Shown here piece after piece: positions 9,798 to 20,697 of a stretch of DNA of 64,000 nucleotides; position 1 is the first letter of the stretch, and the number at the start of each line of letters is the position of its first letter. The notes under the pieces are model-generated. The model saw only the letters and a list, made by a program, of their open reading frames with translations. It ran no database searches and had not been told where the DNA came from. Both the position numbers and the translations under genes were made by a program. This stretch comes from an uncultured Actinomycetes bacterium (lineage in GTDB: Bacteria; Actinomycetota; Actinomycetes; Nanopelagicales; Nanopelagicaceae). The stretch lies in NCBI GenBank assembly GCA_903838035.1, contig CAILWW010000096.1:14280-78279 (forward strand), in the 5' to 3' direction.

Positions 9798-10709
9798 ATG
9801 AACCAAGAGCATCGCGCCGGATTTGTCGCCATTGTTGGACGCCCCAACACCGGTAAATCCACGCTAGTAAATGCCCTCGTTGGTCGAAAGATTGTTATTA
9901 CCTCGCATCATCCAAACACAACTCGAAATCCAATTCGCGGAATTATTACCCGTCCAAACTTTCAGATGATTGTTGTAGACACCCCTGGTCTGCATAAACC
10001 CAAGACCTTGCTTGGTACCCGACTAAATGCGATGGTCTCGGAGAATCTTGAGTCAGTCGATGCAGCGCTGCTCTGTCTGCCAGCGGATGAAGCCATTGGC
10101 GCAGGGGATGAGTTCATCGCCCGGGAATTGATTTCTAAGCGACAAGTATTTATTGCGGTCACTAAAATTGATCGCGTTAAGCCAGAAGAGCTCATGGCGC
10201 ATCTCGCCGCCGTCAATTCATTTGCGCAAAAGGTAGGGCTCAAGGTTGTGGAAATAGTTCCGCTCTCGGCAAAGCGGGAGGAGCAGACCGAACTTCTCCT
10301 AGATCTGCTCAGCAAAGCCCTCCCACTCTCACCATCGCTCTATCCAGAAGATATAACTACGGATCAAGCAACCGAGATGACTATCACTGAACTTATTCGC
10401 GAGGTAGCGATTGAGAAGTTATATGAAGAGTTGCCGCACTCAGTAACCATCACCATCGATGAGATGAGCAAGCGGGAGGGAAAGAATTTCTACGATATTC
10501 ACGCAACCCTCCATGTAGAGCGCGATAGTCAAAAGTCCATCATTATCGGTCCACAAGGCTCACGCTTGAAAGATATCGGAATGGGTGCAAGAGCGGCCAT
10601 TGAAACATTTCTCGATGCCAAAATATATTTAGGCCTGCATGTGAAAGTCTCCAAGGAATGGCAGCGAGATCCTAAGGCGCTGGCCAAGTTGGGCTTTATC
10701 GAGCGTTAA
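9798..10709 (+). CDS. era: GTPase Era
   Basis: GRPNTGKSTL, DTPG, TKID, and KH domain VERDSQKSIIIG. Confidence 0.96.
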   Translation: MNQEHRAGFVAIVGRPNTGKSTLVNALVGRKIVITSHHPNTTRNPIRGIITRPNFQMIVVDTPGLHKPKTLLGTRLNAMVSENLESVDAALLCLPADEAIGAGDEFIARELISKRQVFIAVTKIDRVKPEELMAHLAAVNSFAQKVGLKVVEIVPLSAKREEQTELLLDLLSKALPLSPSLYPEDITTDQATEMTITELIREVAIEKLYEELPHSVTITIDEMSKREGKNFYDIHATLHVERDSQKSIIIGPQGSRLKDIGMGARAAIETFLDAKIYLGLHVKVSKEWQRDPKALAKLGFIER

Positions 10710-11566
10710 TTTGTTTTTCGGCTGGCAAAATATGAACCGAGCAAAACAAGTGGAAGCCCAGTAACAATTCCCAGAGTTAAAGGTTCGCCCAGTAAAATCA
10801 CTCCAAGCAGAACTGCGAATGCGGTGTTGAGATACGTGACGAGTGATGCACGAGTCGGTCCAATGATGGGCATCAATTGGAAGAAGAGAATAAAAGCGAG
10901 TGCGGTAGGAAAAAGGCCAAGCAAGATTACTGAACTTGTCACAGTGAACGACGGCATATGGCTGGGCAGATGTGTCAGCGCGAGTGGCGCGTAGATGACA
11001 GCAGTAAATGCCATAGCAATTCCATTGACCGCAATTCCATCCACCGTTGGAATCTTTCGATTGACCAAGATAGTGGCCCATGAGTAACCCATGGCCGCGA
11101 CAATAATCATTGCAATCGCGAGCGGACTTTGTTTGCCCGAGAAACTTTCGATTCCAACAACAAGAACGACCCCGATAAAGCCAAGTATTAGACCAAAGAG
11201 GCGCTTTTTATGCCATACAGATTTATCGCCATGAAACGATGCTTGGAGCGTGGACCAGATCGGAACGGTAGCAACTAATAATCCAGCCAATCCGGAGGAG
11301 AGTTTTTTCTCTGCGGTCGTAATCAAAATCCAAGGACCAACCATCTCGCCAAGTGCATAGGGAATGACATAACGAAGATTGGCGAAGCCAACGCGCAGGC
11401 TCTTTCGATGGATCGCCATCGGAATGAGAATTAAAGAGCCAATGAGAACTCGACTGAAAACAATCACGACCGGGGAGAGGTCTCTGACCGCTACCTTCAT
11501 CAGCAGGTAAGGGATTCCCCAAAGTAGTCCAGTGAGCAGGAATAGGCCCCAGTTTTTACGTGACAT
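10706..11566 (-). CDS. DMT/EamA-family transporter
   Basis: About 10 hydrophobic segments in two EamA repeats (LWG.PY..MK; GPTRASLVTY). Confidence 0.85.
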   Translation of the reverse strand: MSRKNWGLFLLTGLLWGIPYLLMKVAVRDLSPVVIVFSRVLIGSLILIPMAIHRKSLRVGFANLRYVIPYALGEMVGPWILITTAEKKLSSGLAGLLVATVPIWSTLQASFHGDKSVWHKKRLFGLILGFIGVVLVVGIESFSGKQSPLAIAMIIVAAMGYSWATILVNRKIPTVDGIAVNGIAMAFTAVIYAPLALTHLPSHMPSFTVTSSVILLGLFPTALAFILFFQLMPIIGPTRASLVTYLNTAFAVLLGVILLGEPLTLGIVTGLPLVLLGSYFASRKTN

Positions 11567-11578
11567 TTATATCCAGTC

Positions 11579-12733
11579 CTATTTCTTTGAGTTAATTACT
11601 GATTGATAAAGCGCGCGAGTTTGATCTGCAATTGATGCCCATGAGAAATCCTTGATAGCTCGAGCACGACCAGCTGCGGCGTAAAGTGCAAGTCGATCCG
11701 GATCGCCCATAAGTTCAGTGACCTTCTGTGCGAGTGCGGATTCAAATGCCGCTGCATCGCCCGTATAGTCCACAAGTTCGCCGGTTATTCCTTCTTGTAC
11801 AACTTCCGGAATCCCGCCAACGCGTGATGCCAATACCGCAGTCTGACAGGCCATCGCCTCTAGATTCACAATTCCTAGCGGTTCATAAATGGAAGGACAG
11901 ATAAAAAGTGCGGCGCTGGAGAGAAGAGCTTTTACTTCGGCTTGCGGCAGCATCTTTTCAAACCAATGCACATTCGTGCGAGTGGATTGCAGTTCGGCGA
12001 TAAGAGTTGAGACTTCTGCGCCGATTGCTGGTTCATCTGGACTTCCCGCCGCAAGAACAAGTCCAATATCGGGAGCGACTTCTTTCCAGGCACGAAGAAG
12101 ATGTCCTAAGCCTTTTTGTCTGGTAATTCGTCCTACAAAAAGTACATAGGGGCCATTGATTCCGTATTTAGCGAGCAACTGCGGATCGGGCGAAGGTGAG
12201 TACTTCTCGGTATCAACACCATTTAAAATTGTATGAACTTTAGTCGGATCTAAATCTGGATATGCGCGAAGTACATCTCGTTTCATGCCATTGCTGACCG
12301 CAATGATGGCATCGGCGCTCTCATATGCAGTTCGTTCCGCCCAAGAAGAAAGTTTGTAGCCGCCGCCGAGTTGTTCTGCTTTCCATGGCCGATCGGGCTC
12401 CAGTGAGTGAGCAGTAATTACATGGGGGATGCCATGGAGGAGCGAGGCAAAGTGGCCAGCCATATTTGCATACCAAGTGTGCGAATGCGCCAGTTCTACA
12501 CCTGCTACACCTTGTGCAATCTGCAGGTCAGTTGCAAGAGCAGCCAGGGCGGGATTGAGCTCTTGTAGCTCGGCGGGCAACGGATAGGCAGTTGCATCAC
12601 TTCTAAGTTCGCCGAAGCAGTGCACATCTACCTCAATGGTGCTTCGCAGCGCCTTAGTAAGTTCAAAGGCATGGACACCAGCGCCACCATAAATGTGGGG
12701 CGGCCATTCTTTGGTCAGTATTCCCACGCGCAT
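11579..12733 (-). CDS. glgA: GT4 'glycogen synthase' GlgA of the actinobacterial maltose-1-phosphate synthase (GlgM) type
   Basis: [50 protein letters not shown]; divergent from glgC as in mycobacteria. Confidence 0.92.
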   Translation of the reverse strand: MRVGILTKEWPPHIYGGAGVHAFELTKALRSTIEVDVHCFGELRSDATAYPLPAELQELNPALAALATDLQIAQGVAGVELAHSHTWYANMAGHFASLLHGIPHVITAHSLEPDRPWKAEQLGGGYKLSSWAERTAYESADAIIAVSNGMKRDVLRAYPDLDPTKVHTILNGVDTEKYSPSPDPQLLAKYGINGPYVLFVGRITRQKGLGHLLRAWKEVAPDIGLVLAAGSPDEPAIGAEVSTLIAELQSTRTNVHWFEKMLPQAEVKALLSSAALFICPSIYEPLGIVNLEAMACQTAVLASRVGGIPEVVQEGITGELVDYTGDAAAFESALAQKVTELMGDPDRLALYAAAGRARAIKDFSWASIADQTRALYQSVINSKK

Positions 12734-12739
12734 GAGAGA

Positions 12740-12749
12740 AGGGTATCGT
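12740..12749. promoter_or_regulatory. Overlapping divergent -10 elements for leaderless glgA and glgC
   Basis: AGGGTATCGT gives TATCGT on + and TACCCT on -, each 6 nt from its ATG. Confidence 0.65.
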
Positions 12750-12755
12750 TACGTC

Positions 12756-13982
12756 ATGGCTCGCCAAGAACCCCTGCTTAGTATCGTTTTGGCTGGCGGC
12801 GAGGGCAAGCGTTTGATGCCACTTACCGCCGACCGGGCCAAGCCGGCAGTTCCATTTGGCGGGGCATATCGACTCGTGGACTTTGTCCTCTCAAATTTAG
12901 TCAATGCCTCAATGACAAAAGTTGCAGTGCTAACACAATATAAATCTCACTCGTTGGATAAGCACATCACTACTACTTGGCGGCTATCGACGCTCACTGG
13001 AAATTACATTACTCCGGTACCTGCGCAACAACGCCTCGGCCCTCGTTGGTATACCGGTAGCGCAGATGCCATCCTGCAAAACTTTAATCTCATTCAAGAT
13101 GAGAACCCTAAGCACGTGCTGGTCTTTGGTGCCGATCACGTGTATCGAATGGATCCGCAGCAAATGTTTGATTTCCATCTGGAGATAAAGGCTGGCATCA
13201 CCATTGCCGCCATCCGGGTAAAGCGCAGCGAAGCATCAGAATTTGGCGTCATCGAACTTGCCGAAGATGGAATTACCGTCAAGGCTTTCCATGAAAAACC
13301 GAGCGATCCTCCTGCAATGCCGGGTAATCCGGAGTACTCGTTGGTTTCAATGGGCAATTACATCTTCCGTCGCGAGGAGATGGAAGAGGCCTTAATTCTT
13401 GACTCAGAAGACCTCGATAGTCGTCACGATATTGGCGGCAACATCATCCCGATGATGGTTGCGCAAGGAAGAGCGTTCGCTTATGACTTCACAAATAACA
13501 TTGTGCCGGGCGAGACCGAGCGCGATAAGGGTTATTGGCGAGATGTGGGAAGTATCGATGCCTATTACGACGCACATATGGATTTAGTCTCCATTCACCC
13601 AATTTTCAATCTTTACAATCGTGAGTGGCCACTTCTCACAAATCCGCCATCACTACCACCAGCAAAATTCTCGGAGAATGGCTCTGCTGTGGACTCAATT
13701 GTCGGAGCTGGTTCCATCATCGCTGGTGGCCGGATGGAGCGATCGGTCGCCTCTTTTGATGTACTCCTTGGCACCAATGCACTAGTGCAGGGTTCGGTTC
13801 TGATGCCCTCAGTTCGGGTCGGCCAGAATGCCATAATCAGAAATGCCATCTTAGATAAAAATGTGGTTGTAGAACCTGGAGCTCAGGTTGGCGTCGATCA
13901 TGAAAAGGACCGCCAGCGTTTCACGATCTCCGATGGTGGAATTGTGGTGGTCGGCAAAGGCGTGACCATTACCGCTCACTAA
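12756..13982 (+). CDS. glgC: Glucose-1-phosphate adenylyltransferase
   Basis: [37 protein letters not shown]. Start moved to ATG 12756. Confidence 0.96.
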   Translation: MARQEPLLSIVLAGGEGKRLMPLTADRAKPAVPFGGAYRLVDFVLSNLVNASMTKVAVLTQYKSHSLDKHITTTWRLSTLTGNYITPVPAQQRLGPRWYTGSADAILQNFNLIQDENPKHVLVFGADHVYRMDPQQMFDFHLEIKAGITIAAIRVKRSEASEFGVIELAEDGITVKAFHEKPSDPPAMPGNPEYSLVSMGNYIFRREEMEEALILDSEDLDSRHDIGGNIIPMMVAQGRAFAYDFTNNIVPGETERDKGYWRDVGSIDAYYDAHMDLVSIHPIFNLYNREWPLLTNPPSLPPAKFSENGSAVDSIVGAGSIIAGGRMERSVASFDVLLGTNALVQGSVLMPSVRVGQNAIIRNAILDKNVVVEPGAQVGVDHEKDRQRFTISDGGIVVVGKGVTITAH

Positions 13983-14911
13983 TCCAAGAGTGAATTAATC
14001 TCCTTCGCTAAATCGCTTTGAATGAGCTCTGAGTCAGGAGTTACTTCGGCCAAGATAAAGCAACCGTGGATTTGTCCTTCCCACTCTCGGTAGATAACTC
14101 GTACCCCACTTCGCTTCAGTTGATCGGCATAGGCGTAACCATCATCAAGCAGAGGATCAAATTCGGCGGTGAAGATTATTGCCGGGGCTACTCCGGTTAA
14201 ATCTTTGGCGGAAGCAGGTACGGCATATGGGTTTTTGATATCGGCGCTTGCGTTTAAATATTGCTTCCAAAACCATTCCATAGCTTTTGCGGTTAATCCA
14301 TACCCCATTGCAAATTCGCGAGCCGAATCGCTGCGAAGTGATGGATCCATGCATGGATAGATCAGAGCTTGAAATTTGAGATTTACGATTCTGGTATCGC
14401 GCGCCTTTATGGCAACTGCGGCTGCAAGTGTTGCACCAGCGCTGTCACCGCCAACGCCAATTTGCTCTGGATCGATACCAAGCAGTGATGCGTTCTGTAA
14501 TGCCCATTCCAGCGTTGCATAACAATCATCGAATGGAATGGGAAATTTATGCTCAGGTGCTTTTTGATATCCAACGGCGATAACCACAAACTGTCCTTTA
14601 TTAGCCATTGATCGCAGAGCTTGCTCATAAATATCCAAAGTATTGAGTACCCAGCCACCGCCATGAAAATAGAGCAGAGCGGGCAGGTTTTTTCCTTTTG
14701 GATTTTCAAATGGGCGATAAATCCGAATTGGAAGATCACTGGTTGGACCTGGAATAAAACGGTGTTGTACCGAGTGAATTGGTTCGGGAGTACCAGAGAG
14801 CAGAGGGCGCCCTTCAAGATTGGCACGAAGCGTGGCGACCGGGGCTTCCCACGGAGCCGGAAGGCCTTTCGCGGCTAAATTCTGGAGATATTGACTCATC
14901 TCTGGCTTCAT
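13979..14911 (-). CDS. Alpha/beta hydrolase, hormone-sensitive-lipase (Aes-like) esterase
   Basis: HGGGW oxyanion motif, GDSAG nucleophile elbow, DPL.D and HG catalytic residues. Confidence 0.9.
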   Translation of the reverse strand: MKPEMSQYLQNLAAKGLPAPWEAPVATLRANLEGRPLLSGTPEPIHSVQHRFIPGPTSDLPIRIYRPFENPKGKNLPALLYFHGGGWVLNTLDIYEQALRSMANKGQFVVIAVGYQKAPEHKFPIPFDDCYATLEWALQNASLLGIDPEQIGVGGDSAGATLAAAVAIKARDTRIVNLKFQALIYPCMDPSLRSDSAREFAMGYGLTAKAMEWFWKQYLNASADIKNPYAVPASAKDLTGVAPAIIFTAEFDPLLDDGYAYADQLKRSGVRVIYREWEGQIHGCFILAEVTPDSELIQSDLAKEINSLLD

Positions 14912-14988
14912 GGGCCAAGCCTAGTGAGGGTAGACTTTCGCCGTCATCGTGGACGAAGAATTTATATAAATTTTCATCGGAGTTAAAG

Positions 14989-16014
14989 ATGCGTATTGGT
15001 GTTCTCACTGGTGGCGGCGACTGCCCAGGTCTCAACGGAGTTATTCGCGCAGTTGTGCGCAAAGGCGTTAAAGAATATGGCTACGAATTTGTCGGCCTAC
15101 GCGATGGCTGGAAAGGCCCGCTAGAAGGCTTAACCATGCCTTTGACCCTAGAAAATACTCGCGGGATTCTCCCCAAAGGCGGAACGATTCTCGGCTCATC
15201 TCGCACTAACCCTTTTAAAATCGAAAATGGCGTAGAACGCATCAAAGAGAATTTGGCCAAGCTCGGTATAGATGCCCTGGTTGCAATTGGTGGCGAAGAT
15301 ACTCTCGGAGTTGCTACCAAACTCGATGCCCTCGGCGTTAAGGTGGTTGGAGTTCCCAAGACAATTGATAATGACCTCAGCAACACCGATTACACCTTTG
15401 GTTTCGATACCTCAGTAAATATCGCGATGGAGGCCATCGATCGCCTTCACACAACCGCGGAATCACATCACCGTCCACTGGTCGTCGAGGTTATGGGTCG
15501 CCATGCTGGTTGGATTGCGATGCACGCAGGCATTGCCGGCGGCGCCGCAGCAATTCTGATTCCCGAAATTAAATTCTCGGTTGAGAAAGTCTGCAACTGG
15601 GTGGAATCTCGATTCGCCGATGGCTTTGCTCCAATTATCGTTATTGCCGAAGGCGCGATTCCACAAGATGGCGATATGAAGGTCAAGGATCAGACCCTGG
15701 ATGCCTTTGGCCATGTAAAGCTCTCCGGTATCGGCGATTGGCTCGCCGGTGAGATCGAGGAGAAGACTGGCCGCGAAACTCGTTGCACCGTCCTTGGCCA
15801 TATCCAACGTGGTGGATCTCCCACCGCTTTTGACCGCGTGCTCTCTACTCGCTTTGGTCTTAGCGCGATTTCAGCGATTCATGAAGGTGACTTTGGCAAG
15901 ATGGTTGCGCTTCATGGAACCAATATCGCTCGAGTTCCCCTAGCTTCGGCCACCACAGAGCTCAAAGTTGTAAAACCAGAGTTCTATGCAGAATCGGAGA
16001 TTTTCTTCGGGTAA
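14989..16014 (+). CDS. pfkA: 6-phosphofructokinase
   Basis: MRIGVLTGGGDCPGLN, GGTILGSSR, GGEDT, PKTIDND, EVMGR, LGHIQRGG. Start moved to ATG 14989 (GGAG upstream). Confidence 0.95.
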   Translation: MRIGVLTGGGDCPGLNGVIRAVVRKGVKEYGYEFVGLRDGWKGPLEGLTMPLTLENTRGILPKGGTILGSSRTNPFKIENGVERIKENLAKLGIDALVAIGGEDTLGVATKLDALGVKVVGVPKTIDNDLSNTDYTFGFDTSVNIAMEAIDRLHTTAESHHRPLVVEVMGRHAGWIAMHAGIAGGAAAILIPEIKFSVEKVCNWVESRFADGFAPIIVIAEGAIPQDGDMKVKDQTLDAFGHVKLSGIGDWLAGEIEEKTGRETRCTVLGHIQRGGSPTAFDRVLSTRFGLSAISAIHEGDFGKMVALHGTNIARVPLASATTELKVVKPEFYAESEIFFG

Positions 16015-16056
16015 TTGCGCCGCGTAAGCGTCTGCAACTTCCCTAAGATATAACTT

Positions 16057-17400
16057 ATGACTTCTTTAGAATCACTATTTACTCCTGGCCTTGTAGCTGC
16101 TCAACAACCACAATGGCCAGGGGGAGTCGATGGCGCCGCCGTTCAGGGCGCAGTAAATACTTTAAAGAAGTTGCCACCGCTTGTATTTGCCGGTGAGTGC
16201 GATGCGCTCAAAGCAAAAATTGCCGTCGCGCAGGAAGGTAAGGCCTTCTGGTTGCAAGGCGGGGATTGCGCCGAAACTTTTGCGGCCGCTACCGCCGATT
16301 CAATACGAAATCGCATTAAGACCATCCTTCAAATGGCTGTAGTCCTTCAATATTTCGCCAGCTTGCCGGTAATCAAAGTTGGACGTATGGCTGGACAGTT
16401 TGCCAAGCCTCGCTCCAATGACAATGAGACCCGAAATGGCGTAACTCTTCCGGCCTATCGCGGCGATGCCGTAAATGATTTGGAATTTACCGAGACTTCC
16501 CGAACCCCAGATCCACAACGTTTGGTGCAGGTATATAACACCTCGTCCTCCACGCTCAACTTAGTGCGCGCTTTTACGCAAGGCGGCTTTGCCGATGTTC
16601 GCGAAGTTCATAATTGGAATAAAGGTTTTGTCAGCGATCCTCGATTTGGCACCCGTTACGAGCAGATGGCAACCGAACTTGGCCGCGCCCTCGAATTTAT
16701 GACATCGGCAGGCGTGGATCCGGAAGCCTTTAAGACCGTTGATTTCTACTCGAGTCACGAAGCGCTGATTCTGGAATATGAAAAGGCTTTAACGCGGATC
16801 GATTCTCGTACCAACTTGGCCTATGACGTCTCGGCGCACTTCCTCTGGATTGGTGAACGCACTCGTCAGCTCGATGGCGCACATATGGATTTCGCAGCAA
16901 AGATTCATAACCCGATTGGTATCAAACTTGGACCAAAATCCACCGTTGAAGATGCACTTGCCATGATCGCCAAACTAAATCCAGATAACGAGCCAGGTCG
17001 CCTTACCTTTATTACTCGTATGGGTGCCGGCCAAATTCGCGAAAAGCTACCGACGCTGGTTAAGGCGGTAACTGATTCTGGTGCGAAAGTACTTTGGGTC
17101 TGCGACCCAATGCATGGAAATACCTATGAAGCCCCCAGTGGATATAAGACTCGCAAATTTGATGATGTTATGGATGAAGTACGCGGCTTCTTCGAAGTTC
17201 ATAAAGCGCTCGGTACCCATCCAGGCGGCATCCACATTGAACTCACCGGTGATGATGTCACTGAATGCGTGGGTGGTGGAGAGCAGATCTCTGAGGACGA
17301 CTTGGCCACACGCTATGAGAGTGCGTGCGATCCTCGCCTTAATCACTCGCAATCGCTCGAGCTCGCCTTCTTGGTGGCCGAGATGTTGCGCGACCGCTAA
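16057..17400 (+). CDS. Class II DAHP synthase (3-deoxy-7-phosphoheptulonate synthase)
   Basis: LQGGDCAETF, GRMAGQFAKPRS, WIGERTRQ, DPMHGNT and CDPRLN motifs. Confidence 0.95.
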   Translation: MTSLESLFTPGLVAAQQPQWPGGVDGAAVQGAVNTLKKLPPLVFAGECDALKAKIAVAQEGKAFWLQGGDCAETFAAATADSIRNRIKTILQMAVVLQYFASLPVIKVGRMAGQFAKPRSNDNETRNGVTLPAYRGDAVNDLEFTETSRTPDPQRLVQVYNTSSSTLNLVRAFTQGGFADVREVHNWNKGFVSDPRFGTRYEQMATELGRALEFMTSAGVDPEAFKTVDFYSSHEALILEYEKALTRIDSRTNLAYDVSAHFLWIGERTRQLDGAHMDFAAKIHNPIGIKLGPKSTVEDALAMIAKLNPDNEPGRLTFITRMGAGQIREKLPTLVKAVTDSGAKVLWVCDPMHGNTYEAPSGYKTRKFDDVMDEVRGFFEVHKALGTHPGGIHIELTGDDVTECVGGGEQISEDDLATRYESACDPRLNHSQSLELAFLVAEMLRDR

Positions 17401-17441
17401 GCCCCCTTCTCAAGAGCGCAATTTACCCTTAGGGTTTCGTT

Positions 17442-17936
17442 GTGCTCCTGACTTCTACCTTTAAGAGCCCTGTTGGGTCGCTCTACTTGGTCAGTGACGA
17501 ACATATTCTCCTTGGAGCTGGATTTCGGAGTTTCGCTGATCTCTTTGAACGCATGGATCCCATTGACTCCGGCAAGAAACCCAATTCAATTAAAACAATT
17601 CCCATCATTACAGATTTAATCTCCGATTATTTCGACGGTGACATATCAGCTTTTGGCGGAATTCAAACCAGGCAACCAGGGGCCGAATTTTCCCAAGCGG
17701 CTTGGAAAGCGATGCGAAAAATTCCCGCAGGCAAAGTATGGTCATACTCTGAATTAGCAAAGCGCGCGGGTTCGCCCGATGCGGTGCGCGCTGCTGGAAG
17801 TGCCTGTGCTCGGAATTTGATTGCACCGATTATCCCTTGCCACCGAGTTGTAAAAACCGGGGGAGCGCTAGGCAATTATGGATATGGCCTAGATATTAAA
17901 GAGTGGTTCTTACGCCACGAAGGCGCGCTTAAGTAA
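17442..17936 (+). CDS. ogt: Methylated-DNA--protein-cysteine methyltransferase
   Basis: IP.G...SY..LA...G...AVRAAG.AC..N and active-site PCHRVV. Confidence 0.92.
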   Translation: MLLTSTFKSPVGSLYLVSDEHILLGAGFRSFADLFERMDPIDSGKKPNSIKTIPIITDLISDYFDGDISAFGGIQTRQPGAEFSQAAWKAMRKIPAGKVWSYSELAKRAGSPDAVRAAGSACARNLIAPIIPCHRVVKTGGALGNYGYGLDIKEWFLRHEGALK

Positions 17937-18953
17937 TTCCGGTAGGACTTGGCAGACCTTTTCAATATCTGCATCCGTTATATCTAAATGTGTAACAAGT
18001 CTTAAGAATTTTGGACCCAGGGCGCTGGCGGCAATTCCTTGAGCTTTGAGTTGATCATTGAGCGCAGCTGCAGTGAGCGTGGTGTTGGTTAAATTCAAAG
18101 CGACAATATTGGTATCAACATGACTTGGATCAATAGTGGAAGGAACTGCTGCATGGCAGGCCTGTGCAATTTTCTTAGCTCGGGCATGATCATCTGCCAG
18201 TCGCGCTAAATTGTGATCGAGCGCATAATGTCCGGCCGCGGCAAGAATTCCCACTTGGCGCATTCCACCGCCATATCGTTTTCGCCAGATGCGAGCGGAG
18301 GCGATCCGCTCCTTGGATGATGCAAGTACAGAGCCAACCGGGGCGCCTAAGCCTTTTGAGAGACAGACACTTACGGTGTCGAAATTTCTGCCGTAATCCT
18401 TGAGCGAGATTCCAGTTGCTACATGGGCATTCCATAGTCGGGCACCATCTAGATGCATAGCAAGTCCTAGTGCGCGTGATTGAGTCCGTAGCTTCACAAT
18501 CTCTTCGATAGGTTGAATCGTTCCGCCGCCAAAGTTATGAGTATTTTCAACGGCAATTGCCGTCGTAGAGACCAAGTAAGGTCCACCATCTGGCCTGGCA
18601 ATGTTTAGGGCATCATCTGCTCGCAGCAATCCACGATCGGCCTGCCAGGTTCGAGATGTAATTCCGCTAAAGACTGCGGCGGCACCGAGTTCTGCTCGGA
18701 CAATATGAGCCTGGGAATCACAAATTATCTCTTCGCCAGGTTTTACAAGTAATCGCATTGCAAGTTGATTTGCAAGTGAACCAGACGGCGCAAAGAGCGC
18801 AGCTTCTGCGCCTAGCAATTCGGCGATTCGCTCCTCTAATGAATTGACGGTTGGGTCATCGCTGTAGACGTCATCTCCTACGGGTGCGCTCATCATTGCT
18901 TCGCGCATACCGGAAGATGGCTTGGTTACTGTGTCGGAGCGAAGATCAATCAT
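17910..18953 (-). CDS. ltaE: Low-specificity L-threonine aldolase
   Basis: DLRSDTVT, GDDVY..DPT, ENTHN, HLDGAR and PLP lysine in SKGLGAP. Confidence 0.92.
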   Translation of the reverse strand: MIDLRSDTVTKPSSGMREAMMSAPVGDDVYSDDPTVNSLEERIAELLGAEAALFAPSGSLANQLAMRLLVKPGEEIICDSQAHIVRAELGAAAVFSGITSRTWQADRGLLRADDALNIARPDGGPYLVSTTAIAVENTHNFGGGTIQPIEEIVKLRTQSRALGLAMHLDGARLWNAHVATGISLKDYGRNFDTVSVCLSKGLGAPVGSVLASSKERIASARIWRKRYGGGMRQVGILAAAGHYALDHNLARLADDHARAKKIAQACHAAVPSTIDPSHVDTNIVALNLTNTTLTAAALNDQLKAQGIAASALGPKFLRLVTHLDITDADIEKVCQVLPELLKRAFVA

Positions 18954-19822
18954 GGATTAATCTTCTCACGCCCTTCGGCCCAAATAATCAAATACATCGC
19001 CACCATTACCATTGCTCCGCCAGCCGCCGTCTTGCTTGTCATGGATTCATGAGCGAAGAGAATCCCAAATATTGCGGCGAAGACGACCTCCATTGTAAGA
19101 ATGACGGCAACCGTAGTAGGAGCCATAAAAGATTGGGCCCAGGTCTGAAAGATAAAGGCCACGGCAGTAGCGAAGAGTGCGCAATAGATGATTGCCCACC
19201 AAACGCCAGCATCTGGTGGGGTATGAAAGCCGCTCTTTAAACTTGCAAGTGAGGTCAGGAGCGCACAAGTGCCTAGCTGAACCACTGTGAGCGCGTAAGT
19301 GTCCATGCCGCTCGACCATTCACCAAGCGCGACGATATGCGCGGCAAAGAGCAGGGCGCTAATGAATACTAGAAATTCTCCAAGTCCAAGGTGCAAACCC
19401 TTGAAGGAGAGAATCAATAAGCCTGCAGTTGCCAGCAGAACCGAGAACCATTGCAGACGATGAATCGCTTTGCGAAGCACCAGGGCGCCAATCACTGGAG
19501 TAAGAACCACATAGAGGCCAGTAATAAAGCCGGTCTTAGCCACTGTGGTGAGTGTGAGTCCAAATGATTGAAAGATATAGCCGCCACCTAAGAAGGTTCC
19601 AACAAGTGCGCCCTTGGCCAAAAATCTTCGATCTATTTTATTGAGTACTTTGGGCTTGAGTGCAATCAGCACAAGTGTGGCCACAATAAATCGCCAGGCT
19701 AGAAATGAGTTGACATCAATTCGATGGAGCGAGCTCTTCATGACAACAAAGGCGCCACCCCAAATCGCTGATACGGCTAAGAGGATGGCGGCGAAGAGGC
19801 TCTTTCGTTCAACCGCTTTCAT
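18950..19822 (-). CDS. DMT/EamA-family transporter
   Basis: About 10 TM segments with IWG..FV..K, FITGLYVV.TP and E.VFA EamA patterns. Confidence 0.85.
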   Translation of the reverse strand: MKAVERKSLFAAILLAVSAIWGGAFVVMKSSLHRIDVNSFLAWRFIVATLVLIALKPKVLNKIDRRFLAKGALVGTFLGGGYIFQSFGLTLTTVAKTGFITGLYVVLTPVIGALVLRKAIHRLQWFSVLLATAGLLILSFKGLHLGLGEFLVFISALLFAAHIVALGEWSSGMDTYALTVVQLGTCALLTSLASLKSGFHTPPDAGVWWAIIYCALFATAVAFIFQTWAQSFMAPTTVAVILTMEVVFAAIFGILFAHESMTSKTAAGGAMVMVAMYLIIWAEGREKINP

Positions 19823-20688
19823 TTAATTTTGCTGCGCATTTTTTTCAGGAGCGCAACTTCTCTCCCATGTTCTGGCTCCATTCCAGGAGTTTCGAGTATG
19901 AGTGGAGCATTTGCAATTGCAGGATGTGCCAGTAATTCCTCAAATGGCTTTAAGCCAATTTCGCCCTCGCCGAGATTTTGATGTCTATCTTTCAAAGCTC
20001 CACAGATATCCATCGAGTCATTTGCATGAATCAGCTGAATCCGTTCTACTCCCACAATCGAGACCAGTAAATCAAGGGTTTCAGTCATGCCACCCTTTTT
20101 GGCAATGTCATGACCAGCTGCAAATACATGGCAGGTATCTAGACATACTCCAACTTTTGGGTGCCACTCCAGCGCGTCAAAGTAATGTACGAGGTCATCG
20201 AGTTTCTTCACTAAAGATTGTCCTTGACCGGCAGTCGGCTCGAGGAGTAACCATGGGTCTTCATCCTTAAGCTTCTTTAATACCGGAGCCATTCCTTTTT
20301 TGATCTGCTTCCACGCATTAGGCAAGTGATCAGCATCTACGGCAGAGCCAGTGTGTATGACCACTCCCTTTGCGCCAATCTCTCGGCCGCGCTTTAGCGA
20401 GTAGGCAGTTGAGGCGACCGAATTTTCATACGTTGATGCAGTAGGCGAGCCAAGATTGATCAGGAATGGGGCATGTACGTAGGTTTCAATGTCCAGCGCC
20501 TCGGCCTTATCGCGAAAGGCTTTATCGGCCTCCGGATTTGCCTCCGGCATCGCCCACCCTCGTGGATTCGAGGCGAATACTTGAATTGCTTCGGCGCCAA
20601 TTTCTTCGGCGTAAGCGATAGAGCGTTTAGCCATCCCGCCAGAGGTGGGGGTGTGGGCGCCGAGACGAGGTAAGTGAGCTGTTGCCAT
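19819..20688 (-). CDS. nfo: Endonuclease IV
   Basis: HAP.LINL, HTGS, E.TAGQG, CLDTCH, HAND, DRH and ILET zinc ligands. Confidence 0.93.
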   Translation of the reverse strand: MATAHLPRLGAHTPTSGGMAKRSIAYAEEIGAEAIQVFASNPRGWAMPEANPEADKAFRDKAEALDIETYVHAPFLINLGSPTASTYENSVASTAYSLKRGREIGAKGVVIHTGSAVDADHLPNAWKQIKKGMAPVLKKLKDEDPWLLLEPTAGQGQSLVKKLDDLVHYFDALEWHPKVGVCLDTCHVFAAGHDIAKKGGMTETLDLLVSIVGVERIQLIHANDSMDICGALKDRHQNLGEGEIGLKPFEELLAHPAIANAPLILETPGMEPEHGREVALLKKMRSKIK

Positions 20689-20697
20689 GAGGCGAGC

